NCBI RefSeq assembly: GCF_001194135.2
Contig: NC_068999.1
Location: 18,045,379-18,106,245, forward strand
DNA: 60,867 bases
Reading direction: 5' to 3'
From: Octopus bimaculoides
Taxonomy: Eukaryota
A program made the position numbers and the translations under genes. Shown one piece after another: positions 38,940 through 50,988 of this stretch (its first letter is position 1; each line of letters begins with the position of its first letter). The notes under the pieces were generated by a model. That model had not been told where the DNA came from. It ran no database searches and saw only the letters and a program-made list of their open reading frames with translations.

Positions 38940-39130
38940 GAAGATTTGTGGCCCAGTATATAATGGTGATTCAATCATGATCACAGTGTTGTGAATTCGA
39001 TTCCTACACCGGGTGATGCATTTTGTTCTTGAGTAAAAGACCCCTTTATCTCATTTCACATTGTTCCAGTCCACCCAACTTTTAGTGAAGGAAAGACGTC
39101 CCGCCCAGAATGGTGGAATATGAAAGCCAC
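38940..39130 (+). mobile_element. Degraded tRNA-head SINE with CORE-like middle
   Basis: gtgaattcgattcc B-box-like, ttgttcttgagtaaaagac..ccagtccac. Related to 53285-53530. Confidence 0.55.
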
Positions 39131-39439
39131 AGAATTTTGTGTCTCAGGCATATGAGAGTACATCTCCGAACATGTATGAACTAACGGTCGCGCTTCAAGG
39201 TAACCTTACATAACACACATCTTCATTAAACTAATCTATATCCACTTACGTCCACTGTTAAATTTATATTAGGGACACTTTCCTGCAAACCCATGCAAAA
39301 TGTTCAGTGGCCCCACTTCACTTTTGAACAAACAATGAATTCCATTACCCTAGTAATACAGTTCACTATAGATCATCCGTGCTGATTCTGTCCATCAGAA
39401 AGGAACAAATAATACAATATAGCTATAGGTCTTAACACT

Positions 39440-39466
39440 CGGGCAACGCCGGAATGCATTGCTAGT
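39440..39466 (+). mobile_element. Helitron/Helentron-like terminus
   Basis: GC hairpin cgggcaacgccgg followed after ~9 nt by CTAGT. Confidence 0.45.
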
Positions 39467-40720
39467 CTGCAAGTGTGCGTGTGTACGTGAGTGTGTGTGT
39501 GTGTGTGTGTGTGAGTGTAAGTGTGTGTGTGTTTGGGTGTGTGAGTTAGTATGTGTGACTGTGTGTGTAAATATATGTGCGAGGGAATCGACACAGGATG
39601 TAGTATTTTCGCTAAAACAGCTCTCATACAGGTGTTCAACTGATGCAGTCATATTAATACACATATTTTGAGATTCACGATAGATATCTAAAGAGAACGC
39701 CGACGTCTTAAATTTAGATTCTTTATCTTTTGAAATTTTGACGGCCCAAAAATTCTATTTATACGTTCCCTATAAAATAAAGTGCTGTCGAATCAAATTT
39801 AAGACTGTAAAGAAAGTATTATGTTGTAAATGCTGAATAGAACATCGGTTACTATGGCATAGAATTTATACATAGCATGAATAACGTCATCAGAAATTTC
39901 ACCGAGAATTATCAATCACTAGAATAAATTCCAGATGCCAATCTTGAGATTCTGTGTGAAAAGCTTTCCTCTATTTGTGTTTTTTTGTATGCCAATGAAC
40001 ATACTACATACGCGTTTAAATTAACAAGATTTAACTCCCTGCCAAATAACCCACGGAAGATACTTGCGCTTCTAATGAGATATAGTGTATTTCCTGCACA
40101 AAACTATCCAGTGTTCATGCTTAATTGTCGTTTTGTTTTTATGTATGCTTACAATATCAGTAGCCTATTACATATCCTTGTATAATATATAGAGCTGTAT
40201 AAACCAGTTTTCTACTCTCCAAAACAACAGGGTGCAATGAACAGAATCTTGATTACACCATGTACTTTGTACTAGTAACTTGTCACATAAATACTGTCCT
40301 TATATCTGTTATCAATTGTGGATTTTACTAAGACAAATACAACAACTCATTCCTTCTCATAAAGTTTCTTCATCTCTGCAAACCTAGCGACGAGGTATTA
40401 GGTCGTCAAGTATGAAATTTGTAGTAAGTGATATGGTAAAATGTGACTGCTGCTCATGTTGCACCATTATTATATTTTGACAATCTTTAATATTGTGAGA
40501 ATGCTGACATTTATTTCTTTTTTCTAATTCATGTTGCGGTATATAAAGTGTTTATAAATCGGTGTTTGCTACTTTTGTTTAGAGATAGCTAAGTCGGAAA
40601 TTGGTATAATTTTGAAATATGAGTTTTCTTTCTAGTAAATACAGCAATACACACAACTCGGAATATTTACAGAGTATTTCATTCTAATGTTATTACACAA
40701 TATATATACACGAATCTATA

Positions 40721-40802
<82 letters not shown>

Positions 40803-40968
40803 NNNNNNNNNNNNNNNNNNNNNNNNNNNNNNNNNNNNNNNNNNNNNNNNNNNNNNNNNNNNNNNNNNNNNNNNNNNNNNNNNNNNNNNNNNNNNNNNNN
40901 NNNNNNNNNNNNNNNNNNNNNNNNNNNNNNNNNNNNNNNNNNNNNNNNNNNNNNNNNNNNNNNNNNNN

Positions 40969-41076
<108 letters not shown>

Positions 41077-41098
41077 ATATATGTATACATATGCATAA

Positions 41099-41245
41099 AA
41101 GACCCCTTCGGTCATGAATGACCATGGGATTGCACCTAGAATGTTGCCGTCCTAGACAAAAGTCCGGTCAGGATTGTTTGTAAATGACTAGCAGCAAGCC
41201 ATGTATACCAGAGTGCACTTCCTCAGTTTCTACGCCACCGATGTC
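41099..41245 (+). mobile_element. Second copy of the gaccccttcggtcatgaatgaccat repeat head
   Basis: Aligns to 8812-8950. Confidence 0.65.
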
Positions 41246-41259
41246 AGCCAGGGGAAAGG

Positions 41260-41410
41260 TTTGTCCCCATAAATTAGCGGTTCAGCAATAGAGCCGATAA
41301 AATAAGTACTAGACTTACAAAGAATATGCCCTGGGACCGAATTGCTCGACTAAAGGTGGTGCTCCAGCCTGGCTGCAGTCAAATGACTGAAAGAAATTAA
41401 AGAATAAAAT
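41260..41410 (+). mobile_element. SINE 3' half
   Basis: ttagcggttc..aataagtactag..gactaaaggtggtgctccagc..cagtcaaatgactgaa. Confidence 0.85.
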
Positions 41411-42069
41411 TATGTATACAAAATGTTTTCAACAGGTGTGACATGTTTTCTCTCTGTCTGTATATTCGTGAAAAGTTGTGAAGATTTAAATCTATTACCG
41501 AGTCTTTACTTGTAAACAACATATTTTGTTCCAAATTAACCTTCCACAAAGCCTACTAGGTCATCTAGAGAATTTTCATATGCAATGACATAAATTATAT
41601 AAATTTCTGTACAAAATGGGATTTCCAAATGTAGTTTTAATATTATGCAAGGGAAACGTATGAAAGGTTGCTCAGCAAATTCAGTGCAAATAGAATTTCT
41701 AGCTGAAAAGACCTCGATTCATTGTGAGAGGTGAGTTTTAAGGTTTCATGCAGGACACGTCTCTGAAATTAATTCTAATATTAACAGTGACATTTAGTCG
41801 ATGTGTGTGACATTGCATGTCCTTAAACTTTCGTTTGAGATTTTCATCGTCGTTACAATATTACATAATATTTAAACTATTTGTCAATAGTTCCCGTTCA
41901 CTCTTTCTGTAAAATAAATGAAACAAGGATATTAATATGTTTATCAGTATAAAACTAATATTCAAATAGATAATGATGATGATCATGGTGATAATCGTAA
42001 TGTAGCGTGCGCTGCTCTCTCATTTAACTCAATAGTAAGAATGATAACAACAAAAAAACAACAAGAATG

Positions 42070-42095
42070 ACAACAACAATAATAATATTTTTTAC

Positions 42096-42171
<76 letters not shown>

Positions 42172-42465
42172 ATTATTATTATTATTATTATTATTCAGTA
42201 GCTTTATTTTTATAACGTGCTTTCACTTCACTACCGAGCGCAGCTCTGTGCGCCTTGGGTATGTGCTGTGGTTTGCTGTGGTGCTCTTATGTTTACTGTA
42301 TTGAAAGTGTTTTGCGTAGAATGTGTGCAGTGCCCAGTAGTGCAATTTTCTGTGTTATATATATCTGTAAGTCCTGGTGTCTTTGTTATGTATTTGTCTG
42401 AATATTTTTTTATTATTTTTTTAATTATTTTCTTTATTATTATATTTTATTATTATATTTATTAC

Positions 42466-42545
<80 letters not shown>

Positions 42546-42549
42546 TTTA

Positions 42550-42613
<64 letters not shown>

Positions 42614-42640
42614 CATTATTATTATTATTATTATTATTAT

Positions 42641-42675
<35 letters not shown>

Positions 42676-42680
42676 TCATT
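42070..42680 (-). mobile_element. R4/Dong-like 3' end (42193-42415) embedded in long (ATT)n/(AGT)n arrays
   Basis: About 96% identical by eye to 32833-33058, with triplet arrays on both sides. Confidence 0.9.
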
Positions 42681-43009
42681 ATTATTATATTGATGTATAA
42701 CAACAGCATGGGGAAGATAGATCAAATCTGAACCCATCAGGAAGCAGTAATCAAGACTATGCAAAAACAACGAAAGAAAACGATGTCTTAATGTAGCCAT
42801 CTCAGAAAACTGAGATATGTTCCTTATATGGTGTGTATATATATATANNNNNNNNNNNNNNNNNNNNNNNNNNNNNNNNNNNNNNNNNNNNNNNNNNNNN
42901 NNNNNNNNNNNNNNNNNNNNNNNNNNNNNNNNNNNNNNNNNNNNNNNNNNNNNNNNNNNNNNNNNNNNNNNNNNNNNNNNNNNNNATATATATATGCAAA
43001 ACATAGCTT

Positions 43010-43661
43010 CCACCAGATGCATCGCCATTGCAACATGTGTGTAAAAATATCCAGAAAAAGTACTTACTGAAACGCCAAAAAAAAAAGGGGAAACTTATTG
43101 AAGAATTGGAAGTAAGGATAAAATTGAAAACTGCCATGATCAACAAATGCAATAACAGAATTGAGCAGTTTAGACAAATTAAGTTGTTTGCAATTGATCA
43201 AAGTATATTTCATAAATAACTAAATAATGATGTTACAGTGAACGTATCACCTAAGAATGGAAATTCAAAGGAATTCTAGAGAAACATTTTGAGACACGAA
43301 GCCACACAATGGCGATGCACAATGCTTTAAAAAGATAAATTCCAAGAACGCAGATTTACCAAAACAGAGAAACAAATGGATCACAAGAAAAAAGTTCAAA
43401 AATGACTTGAAAGGGATGCCAAATTTGAAATCTCCTGGACTAGATTAGGTCCAGGGATTTTGTGCTAAACGTTTCACTGCGCTTCATGACAGAATGCGCA
43501 CAGAAACAGTTGTATTGGGAGAGATGTTCCTTAATGGATGACAACAGATAGGACAATGTTGATATTGAAAGATCTAAAGAAAGAAGATATTGCAAGTAAA
43601 CATTGATCAATAACTTGCTCATTCCACTGATGTGGAAGTTGCTAGTAGGTGTTATTGCGAA

Positions 43662-43717
<56 letters not shown>

Positions 43718-45600
43718 GTGTGTGTGTGTGCGTGTGCGTGTGTGTGTGTGTGTGTGCGAGTGTGTGTTTACCTCGAGGAGCGAGATCTGCTATTAGATCA
43801 GAAAGTATATGGAAAAACTTCCCAAGAGAAAAACGAACTATTATATATATAGATCAGCAAGTCCTCCGAAACGTCAAAGGCAGAGGAAAAATGGTATCAA
43901 CGGAACAGATTGATTATGAAAATGCAAATAAATATGTAGCGTACTTTTGGGTCCTAGAATACCACGGCATTTTTAGGGGTAACTGAGAAAGTTGCCCAGA
44001 TTTTAGAAAGCAGTATACCAAAATAGAGCAATATACTAGTAATATATGGAGTCAGTATTAGGAAAATATTCCAAGAGAATATACTCTCGCCAATTCTATT
44101 CTTAATTACGCTTATTATTTTTACACAGAGCTTCAGAGAGGCCACATTATGCTACAAACTTAGCAGTTGTTAGAAAATAAACCTCCTCCTGTCTATGGAC
44201 AACTTTAAGTTATTTACCAGTACTGAGAAAGCTGTTACAGCTCTGAGTGATGACATTTGCATGAAGTTTGTAAAATAAGTGTTCGTTGCAAATGCTATGG
44301 AGAAGAGAATATCAATGCAGAATCTATTAACCTTCCAAATAAGACATCAATGCGAACAATGATTGAGGGTGACTGTTACAATTACCTCGGTGTAGTGGAG
44401 GAAGATAAAATCCTCTGCCGAGAAATGAAAGGTGAAGGAAGAAATCAATATATCAGGAAAGGTATAAAGTTGCTAAGCACAAAGCTCAGTGGATTGAAAC
44501 GCAAATTCACAGTAACCGTATTGCCGGTCTCTCTGATACGATATAGTGCTGCTTTCCGGACTAGAGAAATGAAGAAAGACAATGTCCAGGTACATGTCCC
44601 TTCATCCCAGAGACAGTATTGATAGGTTATGCCTCCCATGGAAGAAGTGGAGAGAGGACTGATATCAATAGAAATCAGAGTAGAGATGGTCAAACACGAT
44701 CTACAAGTCTATACGAGAAGCAACTCAGAAACACTGATTTCAACTGCTAGAGAAGATGAGAAAGTAACTGTGGAAACGACAAAGGAATACAAGAAATAAA
44801 AAGAAAACGGTGAGAGAAAAAGACATCTAGAGATAAGAACCACACTGTCAGCATCTTAGACAAAGGTATGGCGTTGCTGCAGAAGAGTCTTGGTTATGAC
44901 TGAAGAATAAAAACCATAAGAAAGAAATGGAAGGACTGAAACATTCCCACTCAAAACCAGTCATTGCGGACGAATATCGCTAATGCAAAATTAGACAAAT
45001 ACTCGAAATGTGCAACGTTCAGAATATATAATGAGAAAGATAAACCCGTTATGATAATAAATTCCTCTTGTCCTTTGCCACACAAGTTATTTAGACGCTA
45101 AGATAACAGTGTGGCCAAGGACGTACACTGGGATATATTACGTCGAAGAAGATTTAAAGTAAGAAGAAAATGGGACCAACACCAACCAGAAAATGTAATA
45201 GAGAGAGGCGATATTAAGTTTTATTGGATTTTACTATACCGACTGTTCCCGAATTTCGTGCAAGAAGACCAGATTTTGTACTGGACAGTGGGAAAAAAGA
45301 GTGCATCATCATAGTTGTGTTTATATCTCCGCAGGTGAATGTTGCGGTCAAAGAACAGGACAAACGATGACAATATCAGGATTTGCTTAGTGCAAAATGA
45401 AGACTATGGAAAGACTATGGAGGGTTTCTACCAAATTAATCTCCATTGTTATAAGTGCCCTGGGTGCAATCAACAATAAAGCGTACATGTTCCCTAACTG
45501 GCATTGGTTAACAAAGAGAGTCGCATTAACGCAAATATCTCCTCTATTGGGAATAGCAAGGATTATAAGAAATGTCCTCTATATCTAAGGAAACTGTTAT
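43010..45600 (+). mobile_element. Decayed R4/Dong-like non-LTR retrotransposon (RT, CCHC remnant, RLE)
   Basis: IEQFRQIKLFAIDQ, KSPGLD*VQGF, PLMWKLLVGVIA, IDQQVL..IDYENA, IFQENILSPILF, LLLSMDNFKLF, YNYLGVVE, AKDVHWDIL..KWDQHQPENVIE, RRPDFV, SALGAI and LLGIARIIRNVL in the expected order. Confidence 0.9.
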
Positions 45601-45649
45601 GTGTCCTGGTAAAAAGGATATGGATTTCGAATATAAATCAGTCGTGCAC

Positions 45650-45800
45650 ACCATTACAACAACAACCATAAGAACAACAACAACAACGGTGACAACAACA
45701 ACAGCAATAATAATAATAATAATAATAATTGTTATTATTATTATTATAGAATCAGTAATATATTTATAAGAATAACAATAATATCAACAATAAAATTAAC
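45650..45800. repeat. (ACA)n/(ATA)n tail of the upstream retrotransposon
   Basis: Direct reading. Sits at the element's 3' end. Confidence 0.85.
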
Positions 45801-47524
45801 AATATTTGATGTCATCCTTCACCCGACACTCATTTGCTAATATTTGTAAGGATTTTTTTTATTAGGTATTGACAAAGATAGCAAATTGACTGACATATAT
45901 ACTTGACATCCTAACATATTTCATCTCAGATGGTTCAGAGATCACAGATGCATCAACGAACATCTTAACATGAGATCTGATGCTAATGGATATTAATTCA
46001 ATTCTTGCAATTCATCTTAGTATTGAGGAACCGTAATCCTTTATATTACTTTGAATGGCATTCAGCATAGTTATCATCAATTATCACCTCTCAATGCTGA
46101 AGTATCCACCTTCACTGCTATAACCCCGAGACCACCTTCATCACTTCTACCACAATATATATCGCCCAAATCTTGTGTCACTCTCTTTAATACTGCGTTT
46201 GATGAGTTACGGTTGATGATCTATTGGAAAGAAACGGATTTTGAGACTGCATATTACTCAATTCAATTGATAAAATTTCAGTTGTAATGCAGTAATAATT
46301 AATTAAGGAATTTTCATTTGTAAGTAAAGCGTAATTATAACTTTGCATTACATCATTCCACTGTCGAAGGAACATTCGCAGGAAAGGAAATACATTTCGG
46401 ATTAGGAAATGACGCTTACATAAAATATAGATGTCCCACTTCCGTGCGGCATTTAATTGGAATTAAGTAATGTTTTCTAATTGCAATTAGTCTGGCATCA
46501 TTCAGCCTTGTTACAATACATACAAGATTCAAAGGATGACTGCATGTAATGATGTTAGACAGCAGCTTCATTAAATTGATCTGAGACGATTTCAGTTTCC
46601 TATATCATTTGATGATACATTAGATACAAACAAAACGACAGAAAAATGAAAACTCACTGAGTAGTATTATATGGATTAGTAAAACAAAAATCCTGCTGCT
46701 GGGATAAATATAATCGATGGAATTTTATTTTCATTTCCATTTTCAATTATTCGGAGTAAAACTACGTAAAATCTAAGATGGAGGGGAACATATTTAAAGA
46801 AGGTTCATGTTCAAGAAAAGGTTAGTAAATTTCGCATGTGAGTGCAAATATGTGTGCGAAGAGAGTGAGGCAAGAAATCTGCAATAATGAATTACGCTCT
46901 TCGAAGCGTATGATTAAGATACCTAATAAAATTACAGAAATGAATCATATATATATATATATATAATCCCCAAAACAAACGTTATACGATTAATACGAGT
47001 TATGTTTACTTATTAGACGCAGCAGCAAAAGCGGAGGATTGGTTCAGTTAGAATAGGCTTGGAAATGATTCCATTCTATGTGTTTTTTCAAGTGATTTGC
47101 CTCCTGAGACCGAAATTCTGCGAGGTTACCATTTTCTTTTCCTCTCTTGGGGAACTTTTGGGAAATTTGTAACCAATTATATTCTAATGAGAAAATGTGA
47201 AAAACGAACCTTCAAATTAAAATGTACATAGTATGACCAATATCCATACTTTATTTTCTGATACAAAATTCATAGGAACAACTCAGAACATACTTATATA
47301 GTCTTATGCAAATAACTTTACATTCATTTACATTTTGTTAGAACATCTCTCAATATGTATGTGCTAAAACATTTTAACCAATATCTTACTGTGTATCTGC
47401 TTGACCGAGAAGGGATGAGAGATAAACAAGATTTAAACTCAAATGCTATACCTCGGAGCAGAAAGGATATATCATATTTTGGTTACTATGTTATTTCTTT
47501 TTCTTTCTTTTGTGATATGTCGAC

Positions 47525-47975
47525 GGATCTGTTCCATCATAAGCACAGGTTTTTTAAATAATTTGTTATGGTTAAACACTTTGATATTTCGTATACTGGT
47601 TAAATGTATCACGTAGAACAAGGTTTACCCTTAACGTTTTTTTTCAAAAGTTTGTATTTTAGAAGATATTTCGTGTTAAAGTTGTCGTATTTGGGTAATT
47701 TTAACCAATCAATGACGTGTATTGACCTGAAGAAAGTTGCTGCTGCTGTTTGCGAACAACAGCTTACGGCTCATTAGTTTTACAAAATTATTATTGAGAT
47801 AGACCAACAACGGGGCATGTATGTGGTTGTACCTCTTGCAACAAGAAGTAGTTCAACTTTTTTTTATGCAGAGAATAGAAAAACCTCGACACATTCAACT
47901 TGTACCCAAAGTCTCAAACTGTTTAGTTAAAAAGATTAATTAAAAAATCTGTGACTTAGATTGATTAGATCATAA
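47525..47975. mobile_element. MITE-like element with ~95-bp terminal inverted repeats
   Basis: 47525-47620 is the inverse of 47885-47975. Confidence 0.65.
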
Positions 47976-48199
47976 AACTACTGTTGTACAACACTGGATA
48001 TTAGCCATAATAAGTACCGAGTTTCAATAACATTTTCTATTTATTTCATACGGAAATCTGAATAAATTACGCAAGTCAAGGGAATCCCAATATTTGGAAA
48101 ATGGATACTTGCTATTTTGTATTCTTTCAACTTTTCTGTCACTTTAGCTGCTTCACCATTCAGTGAAGAATGTTGTTTTAACCACAGGTTAGCTCTGAT

Positions 48200-48520
48200 T
48201 GTAATGGACCTGTAAGGAAAGGCGTTTCAGCCATGACCATTTTGTGATATTCTTTTCTAGAAATAATGAATTCCTAAGCCAACATTATAAACTAATATAG
48301 ACTTACTTAATTTAATATTTCTTGAAGACGTAAATTTCATTTTTCGTTTTGTCAGAAAGATTTGGTTGCTCTTTCTAGCAACTCGAGCGACCAGGTAAAG
48401 GCTCTCACGTTGACTCCTCTCTTTCCCTTTGTCACCTGTTGTTTAGTCCCGAGTTGGATATGATTGAATAGATATGATCAAAGACGTCGCACCTGTAGCC
48501 ATTCCGTCTTTCTTCCCGGT
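48200..48520. mobile_element. Degraded interspersed repeat fragments
   Basis: cagccatgaccat.., tttctagcaactcgagcgacc.., gatatgatcaaagac..ccattccgtcttt resemble recalled octopus repeats. Confidence 0.4.
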
Positions 48521-49004
48521 CATAAAGGACTGTACGTGTATATCACAGGATAGAGGTATTTCTATTCTGTATATAAAAAAGTTAGGCTACTTTTCCTAGC
48601 AGATCATGCAGCCACATATAGGCATCCTCGTTGGTCTGTCTCAGGAAATAATGTTGTTATTTAGCCTCAAATCATCCCTGATACTGCAAACCAATCATGA
48701 AAGTAATTCCTGCCTTCAACAAACCGTCTTTGTAGGGATAATCTAGGACATTACGTACAATGGTCGTGTGATTTAGGTAGGGGTATACGATCGCTGCTAT
48801 TTTCAGCGTGCCAAACGGCCAGGTAGAGTGTCTTTCATTAGTTCGATTGCATGATGAGATTTTTTTGCACATATGTATGTATATATGTCATCGGGAGAAG
48901 TTAGTGAGTAAGTCGGAAGCTGAGAAAACTTATGAAACACGATATTGGCCATTGTCACTCTGTAACTTCTGTCTATTATTAATGTGTGTATATATATATA
49001 TACA

Positions 49005-49100
49005 GAGAGAGAGGGGGAGGGGGGAGAGAGAGGGAGAGAGGGAGAGCGAGAGGGAGAGAGAGAGGGGGAGAGATAGAGGGAGATATAGAGAGAGAGATAA
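49005..49100. repeat. Polypurine (GA/GG)n tract
   Basis: Direct reading. Confidence 0.9.
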
Positions 49101-49187
49101 ATGGCCACATTCTCTTATATGATGCCAAAAAAAATATTTCTGGTTATTAAAGAATGGTTTTCTGTTGTCGAGGATTCATCATTTTTC

Positions 49188-49438
49188 AATGGACCCAGAA
49201 GTTGTTTTTCGCAAACTGCAGCAGGAACTTTCTTCAGCTGAATGCGCATCATCGATTGGTTAAGATTATTCCAATACGACAACGTTAACACGAAATATCT
49301 TCTAAAATGCAAAATTTGGTCAAAAACATTAAGAGTAAACCTTGTTTTACGTGACACATTCAGTCAGTGTCCAAAGTTTCAAAATGCTTAGTTAAAAAAA
49401 ATTAATTAAAAAATCTGTGCCTCAGATGGAAAAGATCC
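49188..49438 (-). mobile_element. Second, partial copy of the 47525 MITE in the opposite orientation
   Basis: Its reverse complement aligns over ~250 bp with 47525-47775 (tcacgta.aacaaggtttac..ttttagaagatatttcgtgttaa..aaccaatc..ctgaagaaagtt). Confidence 0.8.
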
Positions 49439-49514
49439 ATGTGAACTTGAGTTATGTAAACGAAACTGCAGGTTGATAAGAATGTTCATAGAAGTGAAGT
49501 AGCTTTGAATTTGA

Positions 49515-49680
49515 TTTTCAACAGACTTTATTATTTTCATATATAACGAAAAACTGCAGTTTGCTCTACGTCCAGATGTATTTGACCAGCCAGAAGATTT
49601 CCCGCTTTAGCTTCTATTCAGAGACTTTGTAAACCACATGCCTTATGTTTACCCACTTCGGCATTTAGTTCATTTATGAG
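49515..49680. repeat. Direct repeat, copy 1 (copy 2 at 50570-50735)
   Basis: acagactttattattt..gctttagcttcta.tcagag.ctttgtaaacca is shared. Confidence 0.85.
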
Positions 49681-50109
49681 AAGTCATGTGGCTTTCAATT
49701 TGTATCTAAACCATTTAGTTTTTATAATGCTAACACAATTACATTTCTTACTACGTTCAACTCATCATCACAATCTACATGTAATTTTGCCAGGTTATAA
49801 GAAAGTCTGTCATTATACGAAGGTATTTCCAAGTTCTTTTTGCTATGTACTAAAATAAAGAAGAAACTAGCAAAACAGTAAGATGAAAAAATAGTTGTGT
49901 GAAGATGTTCCTTTCTAGACGCAACTTATTTAATTGCATTTTCGAATGTATTTGCATCAACTAGTTGTCTTGATATTAAATAGGCAAATAGGAGTTGATG
50001 CATCTCATACTGTGTATAGGGTTGTATGACCCCATACTAATTTGATGGCTGGACGCATACTTCTGAAATACGTTCTATAATTCTTGTAACTGCTAATATT
50101 TGACTAGCT

Positions 50110-50340
50110 GAATGCGGCGAGCTGGCATAATTATGAGCACGCTGGGCAAAGTGCATTTTGTTTATCTTTAAGTGATGTGTTCAAATTCTGCCTTCCAATA
50201 AATTAGTTAACAGTTGATTATTGGGGTGGGCTCGATGTAATCGTCTTAGCCCTTTTCCCAAACCTGCTGGCCGTGGGCTCGATGTAATCGTCTTAGCCCT
50301 TTTCCCAAACCTGCTGGCCGTGTGCCGAAATTTTAAACCA
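50110..50340 (+). mobile_element. SINE with a perfect 47-bp tandem duplication (50226-50319)
   Basis: gcggcgagctggca head. The unit gtgggctcgatgtaatcgtcttagcccttttcccaaacctgctggcc occurs twice exactly. Confidence 0.75.
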
Positions 50341-50640
50341 ATATATAGCCAGTTGCAGAAATACGTTTTTGGAATTTCATCAGCTTACAACGAACGATTT
50401 TCACGAGCTCTCGCTATATTAGGTCTCCCGAGTATATCACAATTCTATGAATTATAGCTGCAGTACCTATTAATGTAATAGCTCTTTAATCATACACTAC
50501 AACTACGTCAATATTTTTACAGGAAGCTAAGATTCTGTTCCGAGTCACTTTACTGCTTAGCTTTGATGTTTAACAGACTTTATTATTTTGATATATAACG
50601 TAAAACTGTAGTTTTCGCTATGTGAAGATGTATTTGTCTA

Positions 50641-50988
50641 AACCAGAACATTTCCTGCTTTAGCTTCTAGTCAGAGCCTTTGTAAACCATATGTTTCATA
50701 TTTACCCTCTTTGGCATTCAGTGAATTTATGATAATTGTTTCAACAGATTTATTGCTAATGATTCTGTATTTCCAAAGATGTTCCTCGAAACGGTCGATT
50801 TCAATGAGTCAAATCGGTTTGCTTAAGGATTTTAGATTTGCATTATATTTTACGACCACTGATTTCCATAATTCCTGCCATGCTCAAAAGATGGTTAGTA
50901 ATCTCTGGAGATCCATTCCATTTTCATTGTGAAATATTAAACCCAGCTCATAATTTACCAAAGAGTATTGAGCATTTTTATGCGTTAT
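50641..50988 (-). pseudogene. Unidentified 116-codon decayed reading frame with three internal TGA stops
   Basis: ITHKNAQYSLVNYELGLIFHNENGMDLQRLLTIF*AWQELWKSVVVKYNANLKSLSKPI*LIEIDRFEEHLWKYRIISNKSVETIIINSLNAKEGKYETYGLQRL*LEAKAGNVLV, hand-translated in one frame. Confidence 0.4.

Noticed and set aside
42217-43028. Poly-Leu, poly-Ile and poly-Asn ORFs
   Set aside because: They are readings of (ATT)n/(AGT)n arrays around a retrotransposon 3' end.
50360-50385. Minus-strand CTGATGA followed by AAAAC
   Set aside because: No stem II and no GAAA, so it is not a hammerhead.
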